A stretch of DNA of 64,000 bases from an uncultured Anaerolineales bacterium. Its GTDB lineage: Bacteria > Chloroflexota > Anaerolineae > B4-G1. This document shows positions 18,147 to 27,639 of the stretch, piece by piece. Both the position numbers and the translations under genes were made by a program. Location: assembly GCA_964542755.1 (NCBI GenBank), contig CAZIWL010000004.1, forward strand, positions 20,916-84,915, in the 5' to 3' direction. The notes under the pieces were generated by a model. The model was not told the DNA's origin. It saw only the letters and a program-made list of their open reading frames with translations, and ran no database searches. Numbering within the stretch: position 1 is the first letter of the stretch; each line of letters opens with the position of its first letter.

Positions 18147-18341
18147 CCTCAGACGCTCAGCGCCGATGGGGCGTGGCGATATTCCTCTCTTGCCAACGGG
18201 CACCCATCGCCATGGGTTCCCACCAAGAGCCGCCGCTGGCCCATCGGCCCGCTGGTTCAGAGACGGAGGCGCTTTCAGACACCAGACGACACGAGTACAG
18301 TGGCATCTCCGCTAGGATCGAAGTTCTCAGGGTGATCTAGC

Positions 18342-19931
18342 TTGAGGAGGGACGGCCGAGTCGTGGAGGAGGACGTGCAACAACCCGTTCGAAACCTGGT
18401 GGTTGTCCTTGGGGATCAACTCGACTTGAACTCGGCGGCGTTCGACGGTTTTGACAGCCGGCTTGACGTCGTCTGGATGGCCGAGGTGCCTCAAGAGGCC
18501 GAGCATGTCTGGTCCACGAAACCGCACATAGCCGTGTTCCTCAGCGGGATGCGGCATTTCCGGGACCGACTGATAGGCGACGGGGAGGACTCGGTCACGA
18601 TCGACTACACGGAGATGGACGATCCGACCAATCGCGGAAGCCTCGCATCCGAGCTGCGGCGGGCCATCAAGGCGTGGAGGCCTGAGAAGGTCATTGTCGT
18701 GCGTCCTGGCGAGTGGCGCGTTCAGGAAGCCCTTCAAGAGGCGAGCGATGCCGAGGGGGCGCCCTTTGCGATCCGCCCGGATAGGCATTTCCTCTGCTCC
18801 ACCGAAGACTTCGGGACCTTCGCCGAGGGTAGAAAGCGCCTGATCATGGAGCATTTCTACCGTACCATGCGGCGCCGCAGCGGTGTCCTGATGGAAGACG
18901 ATGACCCGGTAGGCGAATCGTGGAACTATGATGACCAGAATCGGCAAAGCTTCGGCACGGAGGGCCCTGGGCAGGTACTGGCTCCGAAGGAGTTCCCCCC
19001 GGACGAGGTCACTCAGAAAGTGCTCAGGCTGGTGGAGAGGCTTTTTGGGGATCACCCGGGTGATCTGACACACTTTGACTGGCCGGTCACGCCTGAGGAC
19101 GCATCAGAGGCTCTCGAGGACTTCGTGGAGCAGCGACTAACGTGTTTTGGCCGCTTCCAGGACGCCATGTGGGCCGATGAACCGTATCTCTACCACTCGC
19201 GGCTGTCCTCTGCCCTCAACCTCAAGCTGCTGGATCCCCGAGACGCGCTGAAGGCCGCGGAAGATGCTTATCAAAATGGCGTGGCACCCCTCAACGGGGT
19301 CGAGGGATTCATACGGCAGATTCTGGGGTGGCGCGAGTTCGTGCGGGGCGTCTACTGGCTGCATATGCCGGACTACATCGAGCGGAATGAACTCGGCGCG
19401 GACGCGCCGCTGCCCGCGTTCTATTGGAGCGGCGAGACGGACATGGTCTGCCTGCGTCAGTGCATCAATCAGACCATGCGGTACGGCTACGCCCATCATA
19501 TTCAGCGTCTGATGGTGACGGGACTCTTCGCACTCCTGTTGGGCGTCGAGCCGAGGCGGGTGCACGAGTGGTATCTCGCCGTTTACGTCGACGCGGTCGA
19601 GTGGGTGGAGCTGCCGAACACCCTGGGGATGTCCCAGTTCGCCGACGGAGGCGTGATGGCGACCAAGCCGTATTGCGCCAGCGGTCGGTACATTGACCGC
19701 ATGAGCAACTACTGCGCTGACTGCCAGTACGATCCGTCGCGGCGGGTCGGTGAGGAGGCGTGCCCCTTCAGCACGCTCTACTGGGATTTCTTGATGCGCC
19801 ATCGGGAGCGGCTCAGCGGAAACCCCCGGATGGGCCTTCAGTTGCATAATCTCAAGAGGCTGGATGGGGAGGCCCGACAGTCGATTCGCCAGCAGGCCGG
19901 CTGCATACGCGACCGGATTCTGGCGAGCTGA
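18342..19931 (+). CDS. FeS-BCP family cryptochrome/photolyase (PhrB-like (6-4) photolyase, DPRP domain)
   Basis: 529 aa. N-terminus LVVVLGDQLD and C-terminal region with four Cys (CASGRYIDRMSNYCADC...EEACPF) diagnostic of the [4Fe-4S] FeS-BCP/PhrB/CryB group. The true start may be GTG 18375, which follows GGAGGAGG. Confidence 0.8.
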   Translation: MRRDGRVVEEDVQQPVRNLVVVLGDQLDLNSAAFDGFDSRLDVVWMAEVPQEAEHVWSTKPHIAVFLSGMRHFRDRLIGDGEDSVTIDYTEMDDPTNRGSLASELRRAIKAWRPEKVIVVRPGEWRVQEALQEASDAEGAPFAIRPDRHFLCSTEDFGTFAEGRKRLIMEHFYRTMRRRSGVLMEDDDPVGESWNYDDQNRQSFGTEGPGQVLAPKEFPPDEVTQKVLRLVERLFGDHPGDLTHFDWPVTPEDASEALEDFVEQRLTCFGRFQDAMWADEPYLYHSRLSSALNLKLLDPRDALKAAEDAYQNGVAPLNGVEGFIRQILGWREFVRGVYWLHMPDYIERNELGADAPLPAFYWSGETDMVCLRQCINQTMRYGYAHHIQRLMVTGLFALLLGVEPRRVHEWYLAVYVDAVEWVELPNTLGMSQFADGGVMATKPYCASGRYIDRMSNYCADCQYDPSRRVGEEACPFSTLYWDFLMRHRERLSGNPRMGLQLHNLKRLDGEARQSIRQQAGCIRDRILAS

Positions 19932-19940
19932 GGAGGTGGA

Positions 19941-21329
19941 ATGATCCACGGCGAGCGTGTGCAGACTCTCAACGATCGTGAGGCCCGCGGCGACGGCTCG
20001 TACGTGCTCTACTGGATGCAGCGGGCGCAGCGGTCCGCAAGCAACCACGCCCTGGAGTTCGCGATTCGGGAGGCTAACCGAAGAGAGTTGCCGCTGCTGA
20101 CGGTGTTCGGCATCACGCAGCGCTTCCCGGACGCGAACGCGCGCTCGTACGCCTTCATGCTCGAGGGACTGCGGGAGACGAAAGAGGCCCTGGCGAAGCG
20201 CGGCATTCTCCTGGAGGTCCGCCTGGAGCCGCCGGTTGAGGCCGTCCGTGACACGGCAAACGCCGCCGCCATGGTGGTGGTCGACCGAGGGTATCTGCGT
20301 GTCGAAAGGCGCTGGAGAGAGCGGGTGGCGCGACGCGTCGCCTGCCCCCTGGTGCAGGTTGAGACCGACGTCGTTGTGCCCGTTGAGACGGCATCTCCAA
20401 AGGAGGAATACGCAGCGTACACGATCCGCCCGAAGATCCACGATCATCTCGACTCGTTTCTCAGCCCTCTTCAGGAGACGGAGCTCGAGCGAGGCACGTT
20501 GGACATGGTGGACTGCGGGCTGGCGCTGGAGGACGTCGAGGCCCTTCTCGAGAGGATGCGCGTCAACCGCGGCGCCACATGGGTCGACGCTTTCCAGGGC
20601 GGAGCGACCGAAGCCCACAGACTGCTGGATACGTTCATCGAAAAGAAGCTTGACAGGTACGACGAAGAACGAAACGACCCCAGTCAGGACTACCTCTCGC
20701 ATATGAGTCCTTATCTCCACTTCGGACAGATTTCGCCGCTTGAGGTCGCCCTCCGGGTCCGGCACGCTGAGAGGGCCGGACAGGAGAACAGGGACGCGTA
20801 TCTAGAAGAGCTGATTGTCCGCCGCGAACTGAGCATGAACTTCTGTCTGTACAATCCCAACTATGACTCGCTGGATGGGCTCCCGGACTGGGCCCGGGAG
20901 ACGCTCCAAGAGCATGCCGGCGATGGACGGGCGCACGTCTACGACATGGAGTCGTTCGAGAGCGCGGCGACGCACGATCCGTATTGGAATGCGGCCCAAC
21001 GACAGATGGTGCTCACCGGTAAGATGCACGGCTATATGCGCATGTACTGGGGCAAGAAGATCCTGGAGTGGACGCCAAATCCAGAGATTGCCATGCGAGT
21101 GGCCCTGGAGCTCAACAACCGGTATGAGCTGGACGGTCGAGATCCGAACGGGTATGCGGGTGTCTCTTGGTGCCTTGGGAAGCACGATCGAGCCTGGGCT
21201 GAGCGAGAGGTGTATGGGAAAGTGCGGTACATGAGCGCAAGCGGCCTGGAGAGGAAGTTCGACATTGAGGCCTACGTGCGTAAGATAGATGAGCTGAGGG
21301 CGTCAGACACCCCGGGAGGGAGCACTTGA
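19941..21329 (+). CDS. phr: class II CPD deoxyribodipyrimidine photolyase
   Basis: 462 aa. The N-terminus SYVLYWMQRAQRSASNHALEFAI is a class II photolyase hallmark. The C-terminal FAD-binding domain has YMRMYWGKK and GYAGVSWCLGKHD. Confidence 0.85.
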   Translation: MIHGERVQTLNDREARGDGSYVLYWMQRAQRSASNHALEFAIREANRRELPLLTVFGITQRFPDANARSYAFMLEGLRETKEALAKRGILLEVRLEPPVEAVRDTANAAAMVVVDRGYLRVERRWRERVARRVACPLVQVETDVVVPVETASPKEEYAAYTIRPKIHDHLDSFLSPLQETELERGTLDMVDCGLALEDVEALLERMRVNRGATWVDAFQGGATEAHRLLDTFIEKKLDRYDEERNDPSQDYLSHMSPYLHFGQISPLEVALRVRHAERAGQENRDAYLEELIVRRELSMNFCLYNPNYDSLDGLPDWARETLQEHAGDGRAHVYDMESFESAATHDPYWNAAQRQMVLTGKMHGYMRMYWGKKILEWTPNPEIAMRVALELNNRYELDGRDPNGYAGVSWCLGKHDRAWAEREVYGKVRYMSASGLERKFDIEAYVRKIDELRASDTPGGST

Positions 21330-21781
21330 AAGAAAAAGCGTCTGTTGAGACAGCCCTGCGCGGTCTATTCGCCCGGCAGGGGCTGGCAGCGCTGGCCACG
21401 ACCGAAGCTGACGGTCAACCCTATGCCAACCTCATGGCGTTCGCCGCGACCGAGGATCTGATGAGTCTCATGATGATGACAGGCCGATCGACCCGTAAGT
21501 ACGACAATCTTTGCTCGGATCCCAGGGTCGCGCTGCTCATCGACGATCGGTCACACGATCCCTCGGATATCCATCAAGCGATGGCTGTGACGGTCCTGGG
21601 ACGCGCCAGAGAAGTGCCAAAGGAGGAACGAGGCGAGTTGTTGGCTCTCTATCTGCGGAAGCATCCGCACCTCAAGGAGTTCGCCTCCTCGCCCTCTATC
21701 GCCCTGTTCGAAGTTGCTGTACGAAGCTACTACCTGGTGCGCCGTTTCCAGGAGGTCACTGAGCTTCACGTGCAACGATGA
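21326..21781 (+). CDS. pyridoxamine 5'-phosphate oxidase-like FMN-binding split-barrel protein
   Basis: 151 aa. The PNPOx-like fold is inferred from the pattern LAALATTEADGQPYANLMAF...RVALLIDD. It overlaps the phr stop by 4 nt, so it is in the same operon. Confidence 0.6.
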   Translation: MKEKASVETALRGLFARQGLAALATTEADGQPYANLMAFAATEDLMSLMMMTGRSTRKYDNLCSDPRVALLIDDRSHDPSDIHQAMAVTVLGRAREVPKEERGELLALYLRKHPHLKEFASSPSIALFEVAVRSYYLVRRFQEVTELHVQR

Positions 21782-24000
21782 TGCTAGTACTTCCCCTCTC
21801 GCAGGTCAAAGGAATGGACCAGGTGGAGGTCGGAGGGAAGTGCCGCGCCCTGGCGCAGATGTGGGGGCGCGGGATTCCCGTGCCGGAGACCGTATGCATC
21901 CCGACGGAGGCGTACGCACGCTATGTGCGTGCCACGGGGCTCCGCGAGCGCATCCAGCTGGAGTTGAGCCGGAAGGACTTCGCGGATATGCGCTGGGAGG
22001 AGTTATGGGATGCAGCCCTGCGGATCCGGAACATGTTCCTTAAGACGGACATGCCTGATGACCTGCGGCGCGAGCTGTTCGAGGAACTTACGAAGCGGTT
22101 CGGCGAGAGCCCGGTGGTGGTCCGCTCCTCGGCCCCAGGTGAAGACTCGGCGGAGGTTTCCTTCGCTGGTCTCCACGAATCGTTCGTGAACGTCACGGGG
22201 ATACCGGCCGTTCTCGAGCACGTGCGATTGGTGTGGTCGTCCCTGTGGTCGGATGCAGCCCTTCTATATCGTCGAGACCTGGGCTTGGAGGTCACCAAGA
22301 GCACGATGGCCGTCGCGGTGCAGGAGCTGGTGCGGGGCGCTCGTTCGGGCGTGGCGTTCAGCCGGAGCCCAAACGACGACGCTCAAGCGGTGGTAGAGTC
22401 CGTCTACGGGCTGAACCAGGGTCTGGTTGACGGCACCGTGGAGCCCGACCGATGGATCCTAAATCGCGAGAGCGGACGAGTGCTCCATCACGTGGCCGCG
22501 GCGAGGGAGGAGCGGATGGTGGCCGGTGACACGGGCGTGGTCCTCGAGCCGCTGCCCGAACCTCTCTCAGCCCGGCCTCCTCTGTCGGCGGAAGAGGTAG
22601 AACAGGTCTTCCAGCACGCCAGGAAGCTGGAGACGGCTTTTGGACGGCCGCAGGACGTCGAGTGGACCTGGGGGAAGGAAGGCCTGGTTGTGCTGCAGTC
22701 CCGGCCGGTGACGACCCCGGCCGGCAGTGAGTCCGATGATGGACGACGCTGGTACCTGAGTCTGAGGCGGAGCTTCGACAATCTGGCGTCGCTGCGCGAG
22801 AGGATCGAGGGGGAGCTGATCCCAGGCATGATCGAGGAGGCGGACGCTCTCGCCGCGGAGGCCGTGGAGGGACTCTCCGACGCGCGGTTGTCAGACGAGA
22901 TCGAGCACCGCCTGGAGATCTACGAGCAGTGGGTGGACGTCTACTGGGAGACGTTCATTCCCTTCGCCCACGGCATCAGGTTGTTCGGACAGGTCTACAA
23001 CGACGCGGTGCGCCCCGACGATCCCTATGCGTTCCTAGATCTCCTTGCAGGCACCGATATGGCGAGTCTGGCGAGGAATGAGACCTTGGGGACGTTGGCG
23101 TCCATGGTACGCGGGGACGCAGAGCTGCGGGAGGCATTGGAGGAGGGGGCGCCACCTGCGGATCTCGAAAGGATCAACGAGGCGTTCTCCGAGCACGTCC
23201 GCAGCTTCGTGGATGAGTTTGGTGACTTGTCCTGCCCGATGACGGGGAGCGGCACGTGTGACGGCCCGCCCGACAGCCTCGTGCGAGTTTTGCTTGAGAT
23301 GGCGGAGCATGAGCCCCGGCGAACACGTACCCGGCAGCGGGATCGGGAGGCCATGGAGGCCGCGTACCTGGATCACTTCTCCGGGGAGGAACGCACCCGG
23401 GCGGCTGAGCTTCTCGATCTGGCCCGCACGAGCTACAGGCTGCGGGACGACGACAACATCTATCTAGGTAGGATCGAGGCTCAGGTGGAGGTCGCAGTTG
23501 AGGTGGGACTGCGTCGTCTGTCGGACCGCAACAGACTGGCTACCGAAGACCTGAGCCGAGGAGATGTGGCGCGAGCTCTCTCCGATCCTGACTTCGTGCC
23601 GGACGAGGCCGGTGACGAGGAACCGGTGGGCGATATGGTCGTGCAGGCGCGTCAGATCGTGGGACAGCCGGCAGGACCGGGGCTCGCGCAGGGTCGGGCT
23701 CGAGTCATCAAGTCTGCGTCAGACTTGACGACCTTCGAGCACGGTGAGGTTCTCATTTGCGATGCGGTGGACCCCAACATGACCTTCGTGGTGCCTCTGG
23801 CAAGCGCGGTCGTTGAGCGGCGGGGCGGCATGCTCATCCACGGAGCAATCATCGCAAGGGAGTACGGACTGCCCTGTGTGACGGGCGTCCCAGATGCCAC
23901 AGAGCGCATTCAGACTGGGGACCTGGTGACGGTCGATGGGTACCTGGGCATCATCACCATTGCAAAGAGGGGCCAACCCTCAGACGCGAAGGATCGCTGA
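21778..24000 (+). CDS. PEP-utilising enzyme family protein (PEP synthase / rifampicin-phosphotransferase-like: ATP-grasp N-domain plus C-terminal mobile His domain)
   Basis: 740 aa. An N-terminal PPDK_N-like region and a C-terminal PEP-utilisers mobile domain (ICDAVDPNMTFVVPLASAVVERRGGMLIHGAIIAREYGLPCVTGV). It overlaps the previous gene by 4 nt. Confidence 0.75.
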   Translation: MMLVLPLSQVKGMDQVEVGGKCRALAQMWGRGIPVPETVCIPTEAYARYVRATGLRERIQLELSRKDFADMRWEELWDAALRIRNMFLKTDMPDDLRRELFEELTKRFGESPVVVRSSAPGEDSAEVSFAGLHESFVNVTGIPAVLEHVRLVWSSLWSDAALLYRRDLGLEVTKSTMAVAVQELVRGARSGVAFSRSPNDDAQAVVESVYGLNQGLVDGTVEPDRWILNRESGRVLHHVAAAREERMVAGDTGVVLEPLPEPLSARPPLSAEEVEQVFQHARKLETAFGRPQDVEWTWGKEGLVVLQSRPVTTPAGSESDDGRRWYLSLRRSFDNLASLRERIEGELIPGMIEEADALAAEAVEGLSDARLSDEIEHRLEIYEQWVDVYWETFIPFAHGIRLFGQVYNDAVRPDDPYAFLDLLAGTDMASLARNETLGTLASMVRGDAELREALEEGAPPADLERINEAFSEHVRSFVDEFGDLSCPMTGSGTCDGPPDSLVRVLLEMAEHEPRRTRTRQRDREAMEAAYLDHFSGEERTRAAELLDLARTSYRLRDDDNIYLGRIEAQVEVAVEVGLRRLSDRNRLATEDLSRGDVARALSDPDFVPDEAGDEEPVGDMVVQARQIVGQPAGPGLAQGRARVIKSASDLTTFEHGEVLICDAVDPNMTFVVPLASAVVERRGGMLIHGAIIAREYGLPCVTGVPDATERIQTGDLVTVDGYLGIITIAKRGQPSDAKDR

Positions 24001-24017
24001 CAGCCACGGGAGGCGGC

Positions 24018-25043
24018 ATGGGGATCTCAGAGGCTTGGGCAGACGCCTGGATGCAGGTACAAGAGATGGCGATCAACTTCTTGACGGCACTGCCGCAGAT
24101 CACCTTGGCGCTGGTGGTGTTTGGTGTCTTCTACTTCGTGGCCAACTGGGTGAAAGCCTTTGTGCGGCGGGTGGCCCAGGCTGCGGAGCTGACGCCAGGG
24201 GCGGAGATGGTCCTGGCCCGACTGGCGCGTTGGCTGGTTGTTGTCGTAGGGCTCCTCATCGCGCTGACGATCGCGGTGGAGAGCTTCGAACCGGGGCAAC
24301 TCATCCAGCTTCTCGGCATCAGCAGCGTGGCCATAGGCTTCGCGTTCCACGACATTCTCCAGAACTTCCTGGCCGGTATTCTCCTCTTGCTGACCGAGCC
24401 ATTCAAGATCGGCGACCAAATCATCGTCAACGATTTCGAGGGCACGGTGGAAAATGTGGAAACGCGGGCGACGACGCTGAAGACGTACGACGGGCGCCGG
24501 GTCGTCATCCCTAATGCCCACCTCTTCACGGAGTCCGTGATTGTCAACACAGCGTTTCCTGTCCGGCGGTCCGAGTATCGGGTGGGGATCGGCTACAGCG
24601 ACGACATTGCCCAAGCGATGGGACTGATGTTGGACGTGATGGGTGAGGTCGAGGGCGTCCTCGAGCATCCCGCGCCGGACGTGCTGGTGGCCGAGCTGGG
24701 TGACTTCAGCGTGAACATCCGCGCCCGGTGGTGGACGGATTCGGTGCGCTCCAATGTGCTCAAGATCCAGAGCGAGGTGATCGCCAGGATCAAGGAGCGC
24801 CTGATTGGGCACGGGATCGATCTGCCGTTCCCGACGCAGCAGTTGCTCTTCCACGATCAGACGGAGGAGACGGACGGCGATCGCACTCAACAGCGCGAAG
24901 GTTGGCCTGCAGGCGACCAGGCGGTACCCTCGTCGCGCACTGTCGCGGGTTCGCTGGGGCGCCTAGAGGACGTGCTGAAGACCCGTCCGGTGTCAGAGTC
25001 CCTGGTAGGTGGGCTCGCGGACGAGGAGACGGATGAGGCCTAG
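24018..25043 (+). CDS. mechanosensitive ion channel MscS family protein
   Basis: Three N-terminal TM helices, then the MscS beta-domain motif PFKIGDQIIVNDFEGTVENVETRATTLKTYDGRRVVIPN, then an acidic C-terminal tail. Confidence 0.85.
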   Translation: MGISEAWADAWMQVQEMAINFLTALPQITLALVVFGVFYFVANWVKAFVRRVAQAAELTPGAEMVLARLARWLVVVVGLLIALTIAVESFEPGQLIQLLGISSVAIGFAFHDILQNFLAGILLLLTEPFKIGDQIIVNDFEGTVENVETRATTLKTYDGRRVVIPNAHLFTESVIVNTAFPVRRSEYRVGIGYSDDIAQAMGLMLDVMGEVEGVLEHPAPDVLVAELGDFSVNIRARWWTDSVRSNVLKIQSEVIARIKERLIGHGIDLPFPTQQLLFHDQTEETDGDRTQQREGWPAGDQAVPSSRTVAGSLGRLEDVLKTRPVSESLVGGLADEETDEA

Positions 25044-27576
25044 AAGGCAAGGCTGGCTGACTTCTAGCCTCGTCAGCATCGTGGCAATCGCCACCGTGTT
25101 CCTCACGCTCGCGGCGCTTCGCAGACCCACGACGGCGGGTGTGTGGAAGGATAAGGCGTCACGGGACCTCGCAACCGGTGCTGCGCGCGGACGTTCTCCC
25201 GGCACTGGAATCAGGTCGGGCACGTCTCTCGAGGAAGGGTGGCGGACCGTCTTCCGGGAGATCTTCACGGATGACATCACGTCGTGCTGGTCCATTACTG
25301 ACGGAGACGGCGCCCCTTCCTATGGCTGGGGCACGAGTGTGTACACTCACGTCGTCGGTGGTCGCAGCGCCTGGTGTGCGGGGAGCCTCACTGGCACATC
25401 CCACTACACGGACGACATGGACGCGTGGTTGATCTCTCAGCCCGTCGAACTCAACGCACTCGGTGAACGGATTTGGGATGCCGAGATCTCGTTTGAGTGG
25501 TGGCTGGAGGCTGATCGAGGCCTCGAAGGGTCGGCAGCGACCGGGACCACGGGGGGACTGCGGATGGCGGCGTCGCCCCCGAGCTCAGGGGATTGGTTCG
25601 GGTGGGGTGTGGTGAGGGAGGTTAGCGGGGCTGGGAGCGGCTGGGAACCAGCGGGCTCGTGGACGTACGTCTCCGGCGCCACCAGCGGCTGGACGCGGGG
25701 CTGGCTGCCCCTGGCAGACCTTCTGGGCGAACCACAGGGGCTCACAGGGACCGTACGGATCGGATTCCACTTTGTGAGCGACGACGACAGAAGGGTCGGC
25801 CGTGGCGCGTTCGTCGACGATGTCGCCATCCGAGTGAACCGCGGTCATCGGGTGGCCCTGCCCCTGGTTGCAGGGCATAGGGGCGCGTGCGGCCCTGTTG
25901 AGGATCTCCTGGTCAACGGCGGCTTCGAGAGCGATTGGGCTGAGGAGGCGTCCCACTGGGTCAAAGTCTTCCCGGTCGACGGGGAGCCCTACTTGACCGA
26001 GAAGGGGGAGTTCCACACGCCGCCCGGGTGGGTGGCCTGGTATCGGCACGACCCCGGCACGTGGGATCAGCCCGAGCTGGGGGACATACGGAAAGTGCAC
26101 GTCCCTTACCGTGTGCGGAGCGGGGAGAAAGCGGCGCGCCTATTCACGTTCTACCGCAGTCACGACGCCGGTCTCATGCAGCAGGTCAGCGTGGTGCCGG
26201 GCTCGCGACTCACCCTGACGGGGTATGCGCATGCCTGGAGCAACCATCCTTTCTCGGGGCATGGCAACTGTGCCGATGATGGGCACTGCTCGGCCGGCGT
26301 TGGCTGGGGAGGCCATTTCTTGCTGCCGGAGGAGGTCCCTCCTCCAACGGGTGATCCGTGGAATGACGCGGTGGGGAACTTCAGCGTCATAGTGGGCATC
26401 GATCCCACAGGAGGTACCGACCCGTTCGCCGACTCTGTGGTGTGGGGGCCGGAGGCCTTCATCTACAACGTCTACCACAAGGTTCCGCAGGTCCGCGCCA
26501 CGGCCCAAGGACAGACCGCGACGGTTTTCCTCAGGAGCCGGGCACGCTGGCCCCTCAAGCACAATGATGCCTATTGGGACGACGTGGCGCTGCTAGGGAT
26601 TCGAGAAGGGACTGACCCGACACCTCAACCAGCTCCGTGGACCTACAATGTGATCTCGACGGGGAGCAAGATTGGGGTTCACGCCCTGCGGTCCAACGGA
26701 GTGGCCGGATTCTCCCAGGAACTCACCGATGCGGGGGCACGGTTCTCGGTGATCAAGGCGGTGGACGACTTCGGATGGCTTGCGGAGGTGGCGGCGCAGA
26801 GTCCAGACAGCATCGTCATCGGCCGACGGGTGTGGAGTATGGAAGGCTGCGGCGGGGTGGAGGGATGGGATGACGATGACATAGCGTACTGGGCGGCGGA
26901 GGCCATTGAACGCATCTTGAACACGCTTGACGCGAATCCCGGGCTCGACGACACGATCGACTACTGGGAGCCGTACAACGAACCTGACCCACCAGGCCCC
27001 GAGGGCTATGCGGCGCTCGCCGAGCTTCAGAAAGTCACCATGGACACGGCAGAGCACCACGGCTTGCGGTTGGCGTTGTTCAGCCTCAATGCTGGAACAC
27101 CGGAGTGGGACGAAATGGTGGCCATGGTGGAGACAGGCGTTTTCGCCCGGGCTCGCGCCGGGGGCCATATTCTGGCGCTCCACGAAGGCACATTCACGAC
27201 GCACGACCCGACGCAGTACTGGGGCGACAAGATACCGCCCCAGGATGAGGTGCCGGACGTGAACGGGGCGGGCGCGCTCAATTTCCGGTACCGGTATCTC
27301 TATCATCTGCTCAAGGCGTCGGACCAGATCATTCCGCTGGTGGTCAGCGAGTGGTACTGCGGGGACGAGCAGTCGGCCGCCACAGAGACGCTCGTCGGGG
27401 CCCTGACCTGGTACGACGAGGAGCTTAGCGAGGACTATTTCGTGTGGGGCGTTTGTCCCTTCACCCTGGGACCGACCGGGCAATGGAGTCATACCGACTT
27501 CGAGCGCGTCTACCCGGGCGCCGTCGACCATATGATCCAGATCAGGGATCGTCAAAACGCACTTCCGCCCTTCTAG
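25033..27576 (+). CDS. membrane-anchored multidomain protein: N-terminal beta-sandwich region, CBM4/9-like module and a clan GH-A-like TIM-barrel glycoside hydrolase domain
   Basis: TM anchor SSLVSIVAIATVFLTLAAL and a CBM-like LVNGGFESDW start. The C-terminal region has NEP (YWEPYNEPD) and VSEWY motifs, reminiscent of GH5-type acid/base and nucleophile Glu. The start is taken at ATG 25033 to avoid a 35-nt overlap with mscS; the track start is 25009. Confidence 0.6.
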   Translation: MRPRRQGWLTSSLVSIVAIATVFLTLAALRRPTTAGVWKDKASRDLATGAARGRSPGTGIRSGTSLEEGWRTVFREIFTDDITSCWSITDGDGAPSYGWGTSVYTHVVGGRSAWCAGSLTGTSHYTDDMDAWLISQPVELNALGERIWDAEISFEWWLEADRGLEGSAATGTTGGLRMAASPPSSGDWFGWGVVREVSGAGSGWEPAGSWTYVSGATSGWTRGWLPLADLLGEPQGLTGTVRIGFHFVSDDDRRVGRGAFVDDVAIRVNRGHRVALPLVAGHRGACGPVEDLLVNGGFESDWAEEASHWVKVFPVDGEPYLTEKGEFHTPPGWVAWYRHDPGTWDQPELGDIRKVHVPYRVRSGEKAARLFTFYRSHDAGLMQQVSVVPGSRLTLTGYAHAWSNHPFSGHGNCADDGHCSAGVGWGGHFLLPEEVPPPTGDPWNDAVGNFSVIVGIDPTGGTDPFADSVVWGPEAFIYNVYHKVPQVRATAQGQTATVFLRSRARWPLKHNDAYWDDVALLGIREGTDPTPQPAPWTYNVISTGSKIGVHALRSNGVAGFSQELTDAGARFSVIKAVDDFGWLAEVAAQSPDSIVIGRRVWSMEGCGGVEGWDDDDIAYWAAEAIERILNTLDANPGLDDTIDYWEPYNEPDPPGPEGYAALAELQKVTMDTAEHHGLRLALFSLNAGTPEWDEMVAMVETGVFARARAGGHILALHEGTFTTHDPTQYWGDKIPPQDEVPDVNGAGALNFRYRYLYHLLKASDQIIPLVVSEWYCGDEQSAATETLVGALTWYDEELSEDYFVWGVCPFTLGPTGQWSHTDFERVYPGAVDHMIQIRDRQNALPPF

Positions 27577-27639
27577 GGCGTCGGCTTTGCCCCGCGATGG
27601 CCCCCGAGGCGGCGGTACCACCACTGAGGAGTGAACTGA

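Noticed and set aside
19137-20765. 542-aa minus-strand ORF spanning both photolyase genes
   Set aside because: It crosses a gene boundary of two well-supported plus-strand genes. A high-GC shadow frame.
24027-24890. 287-aa minus-strand ORF inside mscS
   Set aside because: Antisense shadow. MscS motifs and TM pattern support the plus-strand gene.
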